Part shown: piece after piece, positions 1 to 12,634 of the stretch | Numbering within the stretch: the first letter of the stretch is position 1 | Layout of the letters: each line of letters opens with the position of its first letter | Assembly (NCBI GenBank): GCA_050273025.1 | Contig: CP158636.1 | Coordinates: 124,001-188,000, forward strand | From: Cenococcum geophilum | Lineage: Eukaryota | DNA: 64,000 nt | Direction of reading: 5' to 3' | Program-made: the position numbers and the translations under genes | Notes under the pieces: model-generated | The model's database searches: none | Told to the model about the DNA's origin: nothing | What the model saw: the letters and a program-made list of their open reading frames with translations, nothing else

Positions 1-399
1 GCTAACAAACTTTAGCGCCTGCCGCTAACAACCCTTTAGCATAATATTATACTAAAATCGTTTCCTATAATACCACAAAACGGCAATAATATATTATTAG
101 AATGCGGATATTATTATAAATTATTTTAATATACCTAACTAGGTTATAGAGGCCTAGCTATTTAGCGTCTTTAAAACGCTAACAGCATTACTAAATACCC
201 CGCTACTAATAATAGCTTCAATCTAAAAGGCTTTATAATATAGCATAAAAAGTAAAGGATAGTTCTGTTCGTGCGCATCATATTAGTCTACACTATAACT
301 AGAATAATTTATGTTAATAATTAGGTGGTCTTTTAGTATATAAACATGCCAAAACCACAACTACCATTAAAAAGTTATATAGGTTCGCTATAACAGCTA

Positions 400-2500
400 C
401 CTAGGTATTTAGAGCCCACTGATTTTAACTTCTTACATTTATAATATATGCTATTGTCTTTTCTACCCCTAATTTGTCTACTTCGCCTGGCGCTGTTTAT
501 TCGGTCTATTACTTAGTAATAATAACTCTACCTAATCTTTTCATTTTCTTTTAGGATTAGCTAAAGAAGGACTAGCAGCAGTTCCCTTCTCCTTAAGCTC
601 TACAATATCATTGGTCTGCGTTAGTACAGTATACTTTTTATTAAGCTCCATATAGCTATCTAGCTTCTTCCTTAATACGAGCCTTTTAGCTTTACTAGTT
701 TCGGACTATAGGCTCACGCTTTCCAAGTTAGCCTCTAGGCTATAGAGAACTAATAGGGTATTAGCATAAGGTGCAGGCATTTATAATTATAACTTACTAT
801 TATTAACAACCTTAAGGACGGCCCGCTTCTTAAATCTTATTAAAGTCTCTACGGTGAGTTTAACCTAGTATAAGTTAGTGAAAAGGGTAATTGGTCTGAG
901 TAATAGCTTCTACTTTTACTTATACCCGAAACTTTTCCCTATTATACTTCTCCTTCTCGTTATTAAGTTCCGGAAAAAGAACTACGAGTATATTAGCGTT
1001 ATTCTATCGCAGTAATAAATATATAGAACTTACTATTTGTAATTACGTTAAGCATATAAAGACCACTATATTGAAATAAATCTTCGGTAGCAAGCGTTAA
1101 CTATTATTAGTTAGTGGAATGTACCTAACCTGTTCGTTATGCCGCGCTTACCATCTATTTTACCTATTTAAGCTTACGGTCTCCCATTTTATATATCCAG
1201 TTAGTAGGTAATTATAGTAAGGATAATAGAAAGCATAAGCCTTCTTTAAAGCATTTGGTTTTGCTACTATAGAGTAAAGTAGAGGAGTGGAGTTTTTAGA
1301 AGGATAGTTGGTCGCGTTACAGAGGGTTTGTTTTAATTTTAGCATATTTTTATATTAAAAGCATATTAGCTAGGCTCTTCCTAGTTTAGTGCGCCCGTCT
1401 GTCCTTTATAACCTTAAAAGGTATAGATATATTTTTAGTTCTTATACCATAATTTATTAATTAACCACTCTTTGCTTATATATAGTGTTCTAAAAGGTAT
1501 ATTATAAGTGCTCGGAAAGTATATAGCTAGCTTCTATTTCTAAGCTTAATATTAGATATAATTGGGCTTAGGAGCTACTTCCTAATAACAATTTCAAAGC
1601 TATAAATGCCTTTTTAGCCCCTACCTAGCCCAATTTAGTAAATTGCAGCATTTGCTTTATTTCCTTCCCCTTATAATAACATTATTTAGGCTTCTTTGCA
1701 ATCAGGCCTAGCGCAAATATTCCTAAAGTGGGGCGCTTTTTTTTACGTATATTAGGCGAGGAATTAAATAATACTAAATCCATAATAGGTAGACTAGTCC
1801 TACCCATTCTAGTACCCCTAAGGCCCTAACCTTTCCTCTTATCCTTTATAACAACTATACCGGGTACCTTTAGCGTAGTCGCAATATAGTTTATGCTCTC
1901 TCCCGTAGCTGCTAGCTTATTATCGTTTTCACTTATTTTAGTAGTCTTATTTAGCTCGGCTAGTATATAAAAATCGTTAGACCTTATATCGGATACCTTA
2001 GCTTTATATATTAGCTCGTCCGATTTAATATTATAGTTCTTAACCTCTTCACTACTACGGATTTTTGGACTTATAACGCGCTAAGACGCTTTAAAACCCT
2101 CTTAGTCCTCAGCTATTATATACTCCTTAGTGCTTATATTTGGGTTTAATGTCGTATTTTAATCTAGCCCAGCTACTGTCTTAAATTTGTTAGACTCTAT
2201 ATCGCAGTCTAGTCTATACTTATCGGAGCCTATATTGTATTCTAGCCTATATTTAACGGAACTAATATTGTAGTCTAGCCTAGACTTATCGGAGGTCGTG
2301 TTGTATTCTAAAATAGCCTCATTAAAGTGCATATTGCAATCTATTTTAGGCTGGCTAGTTAACTTATCTGACCTAAACATAGCTCCTTTATATTTAGCGG
2401 TATTAAGTTCGCATTTAGCACTAATATTATCTTCCTCTTTAAAGTCTTTGCCGTTAACCCTAGCCACTAGGCAGGCTTCTTCGTTAAACTATTTACCATA
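400..2500 (-). pseudogene. RIP-degraded gene of unknown function with an internal 11-aa (33-bp) repeat
   Basis: ORF fragments 2159-2467 and 1160-1345 on the minus strand, with coding-like reading between them broken by TAA/TAG. Repeat SRLDYNISSVK/YRLEYNIGSDK/YRLDCDIESNK. No family recognised; limits approximate. Confidence 0.4.
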
Positions 2501-3213
2501 GATAACTAGGGATAACATTAGTACTAGAATATAGAAATAGCGACTATATAACTTGCCATTGTTAACTACTTTAAGGATAGCTCGTTTATTATATTCCGAA
2601 AGCGCTTAAATAGCGAGTTTGATTTAGTAAGGCTTAGCTATAAATCAAAACTAATTTAAGCCAATAACGTGATTGGAATTACTTGTTATTCTGTATATTG
2701 TCGCTACTAAGTATTCTAAATAAAATACGTATTCTCCTCTGTAAAGAATGCTATAAAAGGTAGTAGTATTAATCTAAAACAGTTGCAAGTATAGGTAGCT
2801 TACTTTTATTAACTATACTAAGAACAGAGGAGCTACTATAGGCTAGAAACGCTTTAAGACTAAGGTATAACTATTACTAATTAGTAACTTAAGTTGATCT
2901 TAATTACTAATACTATGCGCTCACCATTTCCCTTACCTATTTAACTGCAAGGCCTTCTATTGCATTAGGGGATTCCATTATATTAGAAGGTATTAATATA
3001 GTATTTAATATATAAAGACGGTGGGCTTAGTAGATAAGTGTTTAGAGTAAGTCACGTCGCGGAATTTATTTTTATTTTGGTATACAATTATACCAAAAAT
3101 AGGAAGTTCTTACTAGGCTGCCTTAAGTCTAGCGCGCCTAGTATATCCTACGCGAAAACATTTACAGATAATATAAGACTTTAAATTATTCCTTTGTTAT
3201 AATATTCTCCTTT

Positions 3214-4527
3214 ATGCGTCCTTTTTATAAGAGTAGTATATCCCCTAGAGAAGCTTCTGGTTATAATACTAGCTTACTAACTAGGAAGAGAGGTATGGTA
3301 GAGTCTATATCGCGGACGACTAAACACCTCAATTTGTAACATAGGGGGTTTAATACCGCTTAGAGAATCTAACTTAACTAACTTTTTAACGTTTTATATA
3401 AAAAGCGTAGGATTATCGCACTCGTTGGTGCGGGTATATCTATATCTGCTAGGAGTACATCAATCCTAGATAAATACCGTTTCCACTCTATATAGCTAAC
3501 TTTTCAAATAGTTCCTAATTTCCGATCTATAGCTAGGCTATTTAACACTCCTAGCAATGGGCCCTTTCGGACATCTTTAGGAAAGGATCTCTTTAATACT
3601 TCTATATATTATAACAACGTCTTTACCTTCTCTTTCTATAATATATTACGAACCCTCTTAGCAAGCGCAAGATTAGCAAAACTAACTGCCTTTTATCATT
3701 TACTTGCGACTTTGGCTTACAATAGCCGTCTATTACAATTATACTCCTAAAACGTTAATGGAATTAATACTACGATGGAACTGTTAAGGACTAAGGTGCC
3801 TTTGCCGAAGAAAGCACCTTGGCTAAAGACCATTTAGCTTTATAGATGCGTTAGGGAGATAGTCTGCTTAAAGTGCTATAGGGTTTCTAATTTCTAAGCC
3901 GAGCTTTTTAATGGGCCTATTTAACCTATATGCGTAGACTATAAGAATAACGATAAGTTTTATATAAAAGCCGGTAAACAGAGCTATGGCGTTAGAAATC
4001 TTCGTCCTTAGATAGTATTATATAATAGGCAGAATCCTAATAATAAGGTAATTGGATCTGTTATTGTATCTAACCTAAAAGTAAGGCTAAATGCTTTCAT
4101 TGTTGCTAGTACAATATTAAAAGTTCTAGGTGTAAGAAGGATTGTTAGGGAAATATACAGGCTAGTAAGGGACTAGGTAGGTAGTATTACTATTTAGATT
4201 AGTAAAGAAGTAGTACTTAAGGGTAAGGACCTTAAAAACTGCTAGGATCTAGTTATAAGGGGGTCCTATAACAAGGTTGCTCAATATACTATAATGCGTA
4301 GGTGGGATTAAGAGCTAGAATATAGTGAAACCAAATATAGAAACGCTAAGGTTAGGTTAGTTTTATTAGAAAGTATAAAAGTACCTAAACGTAAATAGCG
4401 GCAATTATTACTCTCCCCTTTAAGTCTTAAGATCCCTTAAAAAGTGACTAGAAGTAAGAGAAGAAATCTTAAGGTATCTACTGGATCGGACACCCTTAAA
4501 GTTAGAAAGGTGGTTAGAAAGCGGTAG
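3214..4527 (+). pseudogene. hst4: Sirtuin (Sir2-family NAD-dependent deacetylase, Hst3/Hst4 class), RIP-inactivated
   Basis: In-frame ATG at 3214. KKRRIIALVGAGISISA(G), then an intron 3455-3511 (GT..gctaac..AG), then IP(D)FRS..(G)LF; GKDLF(D)(A)S(V)Y; F(H)HLLATLA..RLL.LYS(Q)NV(D)GI(D); VPLPKKAPW.KTI(Q)L(H); CxxC; GK.S(H)GV..LRP.IVLYN. Bracketed residues are restored by reversing C>T/G>A. Confidence 0.9.
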
Positions 4528-4849
4528 GTTTAAATACTATAAAGTATTATAGACATTATTAATAAAGCTTTTGGATATAATGTAAGATAGATATAGGATA
4601 GGAATTTTAGCATAGTAGCGGTTTAGAAGGACGCGATTACTCTAGGCGTGCTTAAGCGTGGTTGTTTAGTACTATTTTAAATAGAGTTATTAAACAAGAT
4701 ACGTTTTTAAGTATATTTAATGTATTAAAGTAAGGAACTTAGTTATTTTATATCTATTTTATAAGCAAAAGAAAGACTAAGCTAGAGTAGCAAATTAAAG
4801 TATCTATAGTCTCGCCTCTAAAAGAAAGTCATTAACGCAATCCTTGTCT

Positions 4850-6900
4850 TTAATACTAAAATACTTACTAAATATTTGTGGCAAGCATTTTTATATTAAT
4901 CCTAAAGGACAGGATTAATAAGTATAAGGCTATTTAGAAAATAAGATTAGGGGATATATACTATAGGTAAGATCTAGAGCTTAATTTTATAAAATAAAAA
5001 AGGCTAGTAAAAGAAATAGCCTGGAACTATAATACTATATATTTATCTTTAACTAATCTCTATATAAAAGCTTACAGGCATTCTGGTATAAGTAAGGTCT
5101 ATATAAGCGACGCTTTCCGTAATATCGTTAGTAGGGAACTATAGAAGCTTTATAAGATAAACCGCTTCTTTTAAATAATTAAGGAGTAGGTAGATAGCGT
5201 AGATATAGCGACTTATAAGGCGAAGCGATATTAAGCGGAAAGGCGACTATAGTTAACTAAAGCGGGTTCATAGAACTAAATCCTATGTTAATATCCTTAC
5301 CAGTTATATACTAAAACGTAGCTACGTTAACTCTAGGTATAGTTAGCTTATTTAGTATTAGTTTTAACTAGAAGGTACTGCTTATATCTTATCGCACTTA
5401 AAACCTATACACTAAATATTACCCACTTTCTTAAAGCCAAAGCGTTAGAGAAATTTAGCGGTTTAGAGAATATTAGTGCTATTACCTACACTATACGGCA
5501 CCTGGTAGATTATAGTCTTAATAATTTAGCTACCTATAGACCTAGATACGTCTACTTTGGCTATTTACTTATATCCGGCCCTAGCCTAATACTTAATATC
5601 CATAAGATTTAACATCTTGTCTATTAAGTAGCTACTAATTTCTTTATTACAGTAATCCGGGTAGGTAAAGATATCTAACTTAACTGTGTAGCGGTATATA
5701 CTTCTAAGGTAATAGAAATTATCGGCGTATATAAGACCTACTATTTTCTTAGGGATGTAGGTTACCTATAAGCTATAAAGACTAGTATCTTTAGACCGAT
5801 TAACCGTAACAATCTATAGTAGTCTATTTGTTAGGATATCGGCAAGGCGGTTAATAAGATTCTATATTATACGCGGATTAAACTTAGGATAGTGTATAGT
5901 GTTAGTAACGTAATAGTTGTAGAGATTAGTTATCTAGATAATATCTCTAGGATAGGTAGGGCGAAGATATACATTCGCCTTAGGCTTTAGGCTCCTGTTA
6001 ATAGGTATAAAAGTTTTAGTAATTTCTAGGTAGTTACGCTTCCTCTAGAGCTTAAGCTGTTTTTTCTTAGTAGCGCTAAGCTTTTTCGTATTCTTAGCCT
6101 CTTTATATTTCTTTATAGCGCTATTGCTTCCGAAGTCTTTAATTACTAAGGTGTAGGTAAATTTAATAGTATCAAGCTTTGCTTTAAGGACGTTAATTAG
6201 TAAAAGAAGGGCGGAGGTAGCTAATATATAGGTCTCCTACTATAGCTACTTAGCAGGATTGTAATTAGATAATAGAGCTGGTGCTTATCCTTAGTATATC
6301 CGCCAAAATAATTATAGTAACTCTATATTAAGGGTAGATGGGATCTAAAAGCGTAGTATAACCTTACCGTTAGTTTTAGCAATAAAAGTAGGATCGCTAA
6401 TATCTATATTTTCCTTACTTACCTTTTCCGACTTATTTATCTAAGCCTTAATACGGTTGTAGAAATTGCGGCCTAAAAATCCTCTACGGCCTTCCCATTC
6501 TACCGGAGCTAGAAGCTAGTTTCCCCCCTAATTAGTAATCTTTTTAATATAATAGGTAGAGTCCTAGTTACTATTTAACTTTAATAACACGCCACTATCG
6601 TTATTACTACCCTTTATAGAAGTTCTTATATCCCGTTTTTTTGGCCATCTATAGCTTTTAGACGCTATAGGTCCGGTTATTACTTAGAACTCTGCGTTCT
6701 TTATAATGGTATACTTCTTAGTGTTATGGCGAGGAGAAGATAATGCTAGCGTATTATTACCAATCTTAATAGTGATGCTAGTTGCTTGCTTTATAAGCTC
6801 AGTGCTAGTCTCTTAGACTTTATTAAGCGGATACTATTACTAGCTAGGAATTTAGGGTAACTTGGGGAGGTTTTATAATAATGGCTATAGGGCAGCGGTT
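4850..6900 (-). pseudogene. RIP-degraded gene of unknown function; short GNAT-like motif possible
   Basis: Long coding-like minus-strand reading (GGN(W)LLAPVEWEGRRGFLGRNFYNRIK near 6530-6450; AKFL(Q)RFGFKKVG near 5460-5420). Family not established. Confidence 0.4.
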
Positions 6901-7479
6901 GGGAATACTTGCTTTACTTTATATCTATACAATTATAAGTACTGGCTAGAAAGAATGGAAAGAAAACGCGAGGCGTAGAAGTGAGATAATACGTTAAACA
7001 CTTACTATAAGCGTTGCTTGACTTTTAATGGGCTATAATTAGTTAAGAAATATCTTAAGGCCGGACGGGTATAATTAGAAGCCACTATAGCTACTTTATC
7101 TATAGAAACTGGAATAGGAGGCAGGTTATATTTATAGCCTTCGCGAAGGTATAGAGGGACGTTTTTTGACGCCATCTTAAAGTCTTTGTGAATTCTCCAG
7201 CGCTTACGTCTTAGGGCTTATTAGTAGGCAGTGTAATATAGTGGACTTAATAAAGAATTTTGTGTATAATCGTATGGAGAATTGGTTAATAGGTTGGGGG
7301 AGAAGGTAGATAATTAGAGTGAGTTGGACCTTTTGGTATATAGATATGCTAAAATGGTAATATCAACGCGTTACGCTAACTATTTTAGGCTTAGGCTATC
7401 TACTAAACAGCTTATAATAAACTTGGCTTAAATATAACTATATTTATACTATACTGTTTTAATATCTTTCTTTACTTAG

Positions 7480-8300
7480 TTAAACTTCCGAGGATGGAAT
7501 CCAGGTATTCTACCTACCCTCTTAGTACTATACTTACTATTAATGTTAAAGTGTAGCGAAGATATAGTGGTCCTAAGACGTAGTTAGGCTTAAAAACCTC
7601 TATTTACGCTAAAAACACGCCCTATACCGCTATATTAGTTGTGTATTACTTAATGCTCTTATTCGGAACACCTAGCCTAGTTTTTAGTAAGTAGCTCTAG
7701 TAGCTTAATCAACATTATTTCCACTTAATCTAGCTTAGTAGAGCTTTAAAATATTATATCTGGCTAGTATTATATCTAGCTAAGAGTCCTTAGGCTGCGC
7801 GTAAGACGGCTGATTTGTTTCTATTAAAGTATCCCAGTTAAAGACGGTGGTAGTGTCGCTACCTAGTAAAAGATGTGCTATATTTGTAACCGGTACTACT
7901 ATTACTGCGTTCTTATAGTTAAGACTCCCAAAAATAGTCGTTATCATTATTTATTAAGGAACTTTTGCTATTACTTTAGCTAATTTGGTGGTTGGTATAT
8001 AATGACGGTAGATCTATAACTTTATTGGTTAAGGGATGTATACTTAATATAGGTACAGCCTATAATTGCGAGAAGCTATAGTTAGTGACGAGAATTAGTA
8101 TATTAAAACTCTTTAACTTATAACTAGTAGACACTCTAAGTTTAGGCTAGATATTAAGGGCACTAATAGCAACGGAGGCGATAACGGTGGTGTTAAGGGT
8201 ATAGGTTAGGCTATAAGTATACGCGGATAGATATACGTTATATATATATTATTAGAGGATATAGGGTCTTGCTAAATTGGTATAGGTAGGAGGACTAAAG
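7480..8300 (-). pseudogene. Possible RIP-degraded gene, unknown function
   Basis: Coding-like minus-strand reading (NDYFGSLNYKNAVIVVPVTNIAHLLLGSDTTTVFNWDTL) with scattered RIP-type stops. Confidence 0.3.
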
Positions 8301-8935
8301 AAAAAGATTAGTTAATAGATCTGTTATTTAACGTAGTAGTACGCGATAACGAGGAGTTGGGCGATTTATAATAAGATCACCGTTTCTAAATACCGCGATT
8401 TACAATCATAACTATACGTAATAATTTTAGGGATATCGCGAAATAATAATAATTATTATTATTAATTTTTGTTTAATATCTGATACGGTCCCCGTTTTAG
8501 GTCCATATAGACTAATTCCGCTAATTTAGGTATAAAAAAACTCCAAGGGAGACGTAAGAGGTATATAGTATACACCCCCTAGGTAACACCTGTACTATAT
8601 TAATAAGAGGAAAATACCATTAGGTCGTTGCTCTAAGACTCCTATAAAGAAGTGTCCTAATTACCTATCTTGCCCTACTGCTTATACCATGCTTTTACTT
8701 AAATTAAGATTGCCGTAAAATTAATAGTATACCTACCCTTACTCCCTTAATCGCCCTATATATATATATACACCTATAGGCCTCCTACTTATAGCATAAT
8801 TTCCACCCTAAAGGGACAGCAAGATATATAGAAAAAGATCTAGGTGTTTTATCCTAGGGCCCTAACCTAAGTCCCTATCTTCTATCTCCTATATTTAATA
8901 AGTGCACTTAGCTTATTGACGGTTACTATACTAAC

Positions 8936-9190
8936 ACCTATCTTAATACCTAACATTCACCTTGACATTTACCTCGACATTTACCTTAATACTTATCTCG
9001 ACACTCATCTCAACACTTATCTCAATACTTATCTTAACACTTATCTCAACACTTATCTTAACACTTATCTTAATACTTATCTCAACACTTATCTTAACAT
9101 CTTAACATTTATCTTAATACCCATTTTATCTTAACACTCTTAACACTCGTTTTAACACTTATCTTAATACTTGTCTTAACACTTATCTTG
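8936..9190 (+). repeat. 12-bp minisatellite (CTTATCTCAACA)n
   Basis: About 20 visibly tandem units with C/T variants; this repeat produces the LNTY-repeat ORF 8916-9134. Confidence 0.9.
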
Positions 9191-9419
9191 GACTAACTAT
9201 TCTCTATTTTTATAAATCCGATTTTGGTATATTGTTATGCTAAAACAAACCGCGCTACGTAATATAACCCCATTAACCAGTATATCCCCCAGATTAATTA
9301 GTCTTAGTATCTACAACCAGGATTCTGGCGCATTATTATGCTAAAACCGTATAAGACTTAACCTTTATAACCGGCGTCATCGGCTTTTAGTTATCTACAC
9401 TCTTTATTATAAAAACAAT

Positions 9420-10915
9420 ATGCCAAACGCCTCCCCTACCGTTAGTAGATACTATAAAAGTTGTAAAAAGGATATTATAATAGTAAATTGGGCTCGGTAT
9501 ATGCGAAAACTCTACCCTAAAAGCATTATTATATAGACAATTAAGGGCGAACAATACTTGTGCAATAAGTGCGACTAATTAGTATCTCGAAGTTAGAAAG
9601 CCTGACACAACCGCTTACGCTATAGCTCTGTAGTTATACTAGCTACTAAGAGCCTCCTAAGCCGAGTTGTATACCTCGGTTTAAATATATATACAAACTA
9701 CTAGCAGAACACAACCTCCGGTAGTAGTGTAGTTAATTCACTAGAAGCACATAAACTTATAACTAAAGTAGTAAAGAATAAAGTATATGCATGTGTGTGT
9801 AAGTAGGTAGAGAGCCTATAATATATAAAGTCTAGGCTAGGATATAAGCTACCTCGCTATAAGGAGATATTGGAGCGTTATAAGCTAGGAGAGCCGATAT
9901 TCTACAACGAGTATATACGTATAGACTGGAAGAACCACAAGTATAATAACTCGCACTGTTAAAAATATATAGTTTGTTTCACTGCCAAAGCACGTAAAAT
10001 ACTAGAAACCGGAAGTCCTGCAGTGCCACTAGTTATACTAGCTGTGTTAAAGCCAAAAATACTAATAATGCTAACTAAAGAGTATCTAATGTACCTCTTA
10101 ACTAAGCCTAGCATCGATATATATACCTATAATTAACTAATAAATAAGAAAGGAGAATACCTAAAACCTAGATTCCTTCCTTCGGAAGAGGCGATTTTGA
10201 TATTTTGCGATAAATATACAGGTCCAGTTAACTTCTTAAATCTTAAAGCATGAAAATAGAATAAGGTACCTAAATGCTTAGCGAATATACCGGCGTATAC
10301 TATATTAAGGGACTTAAAGGAGTTAGACTAGAGCGGAAAACGTATAGAGTTCTAGCCAGTAGACCTGTCTTCTTATATAGCCTTCCAGATCTGCGGTAAG
10401 GCAGATATATTCTTACTACTATATATAAACCATTATGGAGTGATGATAACCATAACGGCTAAAGAAGGACGTAAGTTATAGATTATATAGCTAAAGTTAT
10501 AGGAAATAGAGCTGGAGGAATGGGCGAATAACGATAGCGACGCGCTATAACTAGCTCCGTTCGCATTGTACCTAGAGTAAGGTAACGATATGGTATAGCC
10601 CGTAGGGATTATTTACGCTCTATACTCTATTAGTAACGTACTTATATTAGGCACTATAAGTTAAGATTTTAGAAACATAGTATAGGTTATACGTTAATTA
10701 ATTCTCGAATTATATTATCTAAAGATAACAAACAAAGATCTAGTAAAAGAGTTTAGGGCGAAACTTTAAAACATTAAATGGCTATAGAGTTTACGGTACT
10801 AAGCTTAGCTATAGGGATCTATAAAGGAGCTAGTTAAGTTCTCGGCCTTATTAGAGGTATGTTTAGCATAGCCCTTATTTTATATAGTCTATAATATATT
10901 CTAATATAAACGTTA
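9420..10915 (+). pseudogene. C2H2-like zinc fingers plus JmjC (2-oxoglutarate/Fe(II) dioxygenase) domain protein, RIP-inactivated
   Basis: ATG at 9420. Finger-like (C)KSC..NWAR(H)MRKL(H) and CNKCD..HNRLR(H). C-terminal FQICGKAD.F..(H)I(D)H(H)GV.TITA.EGRKL(W)..(W) at ~10385-10490 and LYLE(Q)G.D..(Q)P.G.I(H)A.YS at ~10570-10630 fit the HxD...H JmjC triad after reversing RIP. Confidence 0.75.
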
Positions 10916-11892
10916 AGGAGTAAAATAGTAAGCTATATGGACTATGGGGATATAATTGTTAATTAGGCTGCCATTTAAATAGATGCGTTTGTGTAAAAGC
11001 TAGTAATCGATATAGACTAGCTTGCTATACTAAGCATAACCGTATACAGCCTTGTTAAAACTAGAGTTAGAAAATGGTTATTTCGGCATGTTTATATATT
11101 AAGAACTACTTAGGTATAACACTCTAACAAATACTCCTTTAGTATAGCTGTTATATATAATATTATAGTAATTATAAATTTAATCGTTAGGTTGTATTAC
11201 ATGCTACTATCTAAAATTACTACCCATTTAATCATCTTCTACAATTTAGAGGCCTACTACCTCTAAAATCCTAATCAGACGTGACCTGATTAGTCGTAGT
11301 AGTACTTTGTAAATCTCCACTATATATACTTTCCAAGCCAGTATATAACACTTTGCCTTCCCCTACCGCCGCGTTAATCCCTTCTAAAAGAGGTCATTTA
11401 ATGCCTATCTTGATTTGCCTAATGGTAATAGCCTTGCCGGCTTTAATTAGCTAGTATATATATTTCTAGAGTAATGTACATATAGGGTTAATAAAAGGCG
11501 CTTACCCGTTTAGCAAGCTGTAAATAAAAGCCATCTATTGTTTTCCCTAACGGTTTAGCCTGGAAAATTTAGTAATAATTTAAAGAAGAGTAGGATAAGC
11601 TTACTTAGTTATAACGCTAGGAGGTAAAACGGGAATAATGCTAGTGCCGAAGTTCTCTATTAGGGCCGTCACGTTTTAGACTATTTAGTAAGTATTTTAT
11701 AGAACAGATATAGAGATATAAATTAAATTAGTTAAAGGCATGCTAAAAGATAGCGTAGATGTAGTATATAACTTTATATAGAACTAGCTTTACGTTAAGC
11801 TGGGGATTATAATTTATTCTTATAATAGAAGCTAGCCTCGTTACTACTTAACCTAATATAGTAAAGAGTAGTATTTTTACTGCTGTAGATAT

Positions 11893-12150
11893 TGTTACGG
11901 TACTGTTACAGACCCTAGTTAGGAGCTTGGCTAGGGACTTAGTACTATATATATAGATATATCCTTTCCCCAACTTTCTTTTAGTCTTTATCTTAGAATT
12001 CTAGTTTACTAGCTACTAATAGATCCTATTCTGTTAACTAAGCCTTTATATATATTGCTATTAAACAATCGTAACTACCTATATTAATTTAGCTCTCCTA
12101 TATTAGATATAGATTAGGGGTATCTTGGCCGCTAATCTTGATGTATAATA
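11893..12150 (+). mobile_element. Possible solo LTR
   Basis: Starts TGTTACGG like the other LTRs here, has a TATA-like run and a pyrimidine tract, and ends ..TATAATA. No convincing TSD. Confidence 0.35.
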
Positions 12151-12199
12151 AATTATAGATATAAGTTAGACAAGAGGCGTTAAACTAAAAGTAGCCTTA

Positions 12200-12634
12200 G
12201 AAAGCTTTGGTCTGATTTCGGCATAATAAATATGCTAAAATTAAAACAATAAGACCTTTTAAAGCTTTGGTTTGATTTCGGTATAACAAACATACCGAAA
12301 TTAAAATAACGAGACCTTTTGAAGCTTTGGTTTGATTTCGGCATGACAAATATACCGAAATTAAAACAACGAGACCTTTTGAAGCTTTGGTTTGATTTCG
12401 GTATAATAAACATACTAAAATCAAAACAACGAGACCTTTTAAAGCTTTGGTTTGATTTCGGTATAATAAATATGCCGAAATTAAAACAACGAGACCTTTT
12501 GGAGCTTTGGTCTGATTTTGGCATAATAAATATGCCGAAATTAAAACAACAAGATCTTTTAAAGCTTTGGTTTGATTTCGGCATGACAAATATACTAAAA
12601 TTAAAACAACAAGACCTTTTAAAGCTTTGATCTG
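12200..12634 (+). repeat. 60-bp tandem array (~7 units), each with a palindrome-A hairpin
   Basis: Exact 60-nt period. De-RIP unit: AAGCTTTGGTTTGATTTCGGCATGACAAACATGCCGAAATCAAAACAACGAGACCTTTTG. It continues at 15330-15378 after the LINE insertion. Confidence 0.95.

Noticed and set aside
3030..4680. Inverted repeats flanking the sirtuin gene
   Set aside because: Only a short imperfect match (~3040-3058 vs ~4630-4648) and no TSD.
8916..9134. LNTY-repeat ORF
   Set aside because: Translation of the 12-bp minisatellite.
12200..12634. CRISPR array (palindromic repeats with regular spacing)
   Set aside because: The sequence between hairpins is the same in every unit apart from RIP changes, so there are no unique spacers. 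No cas genes are present and the context is eukaryotic.
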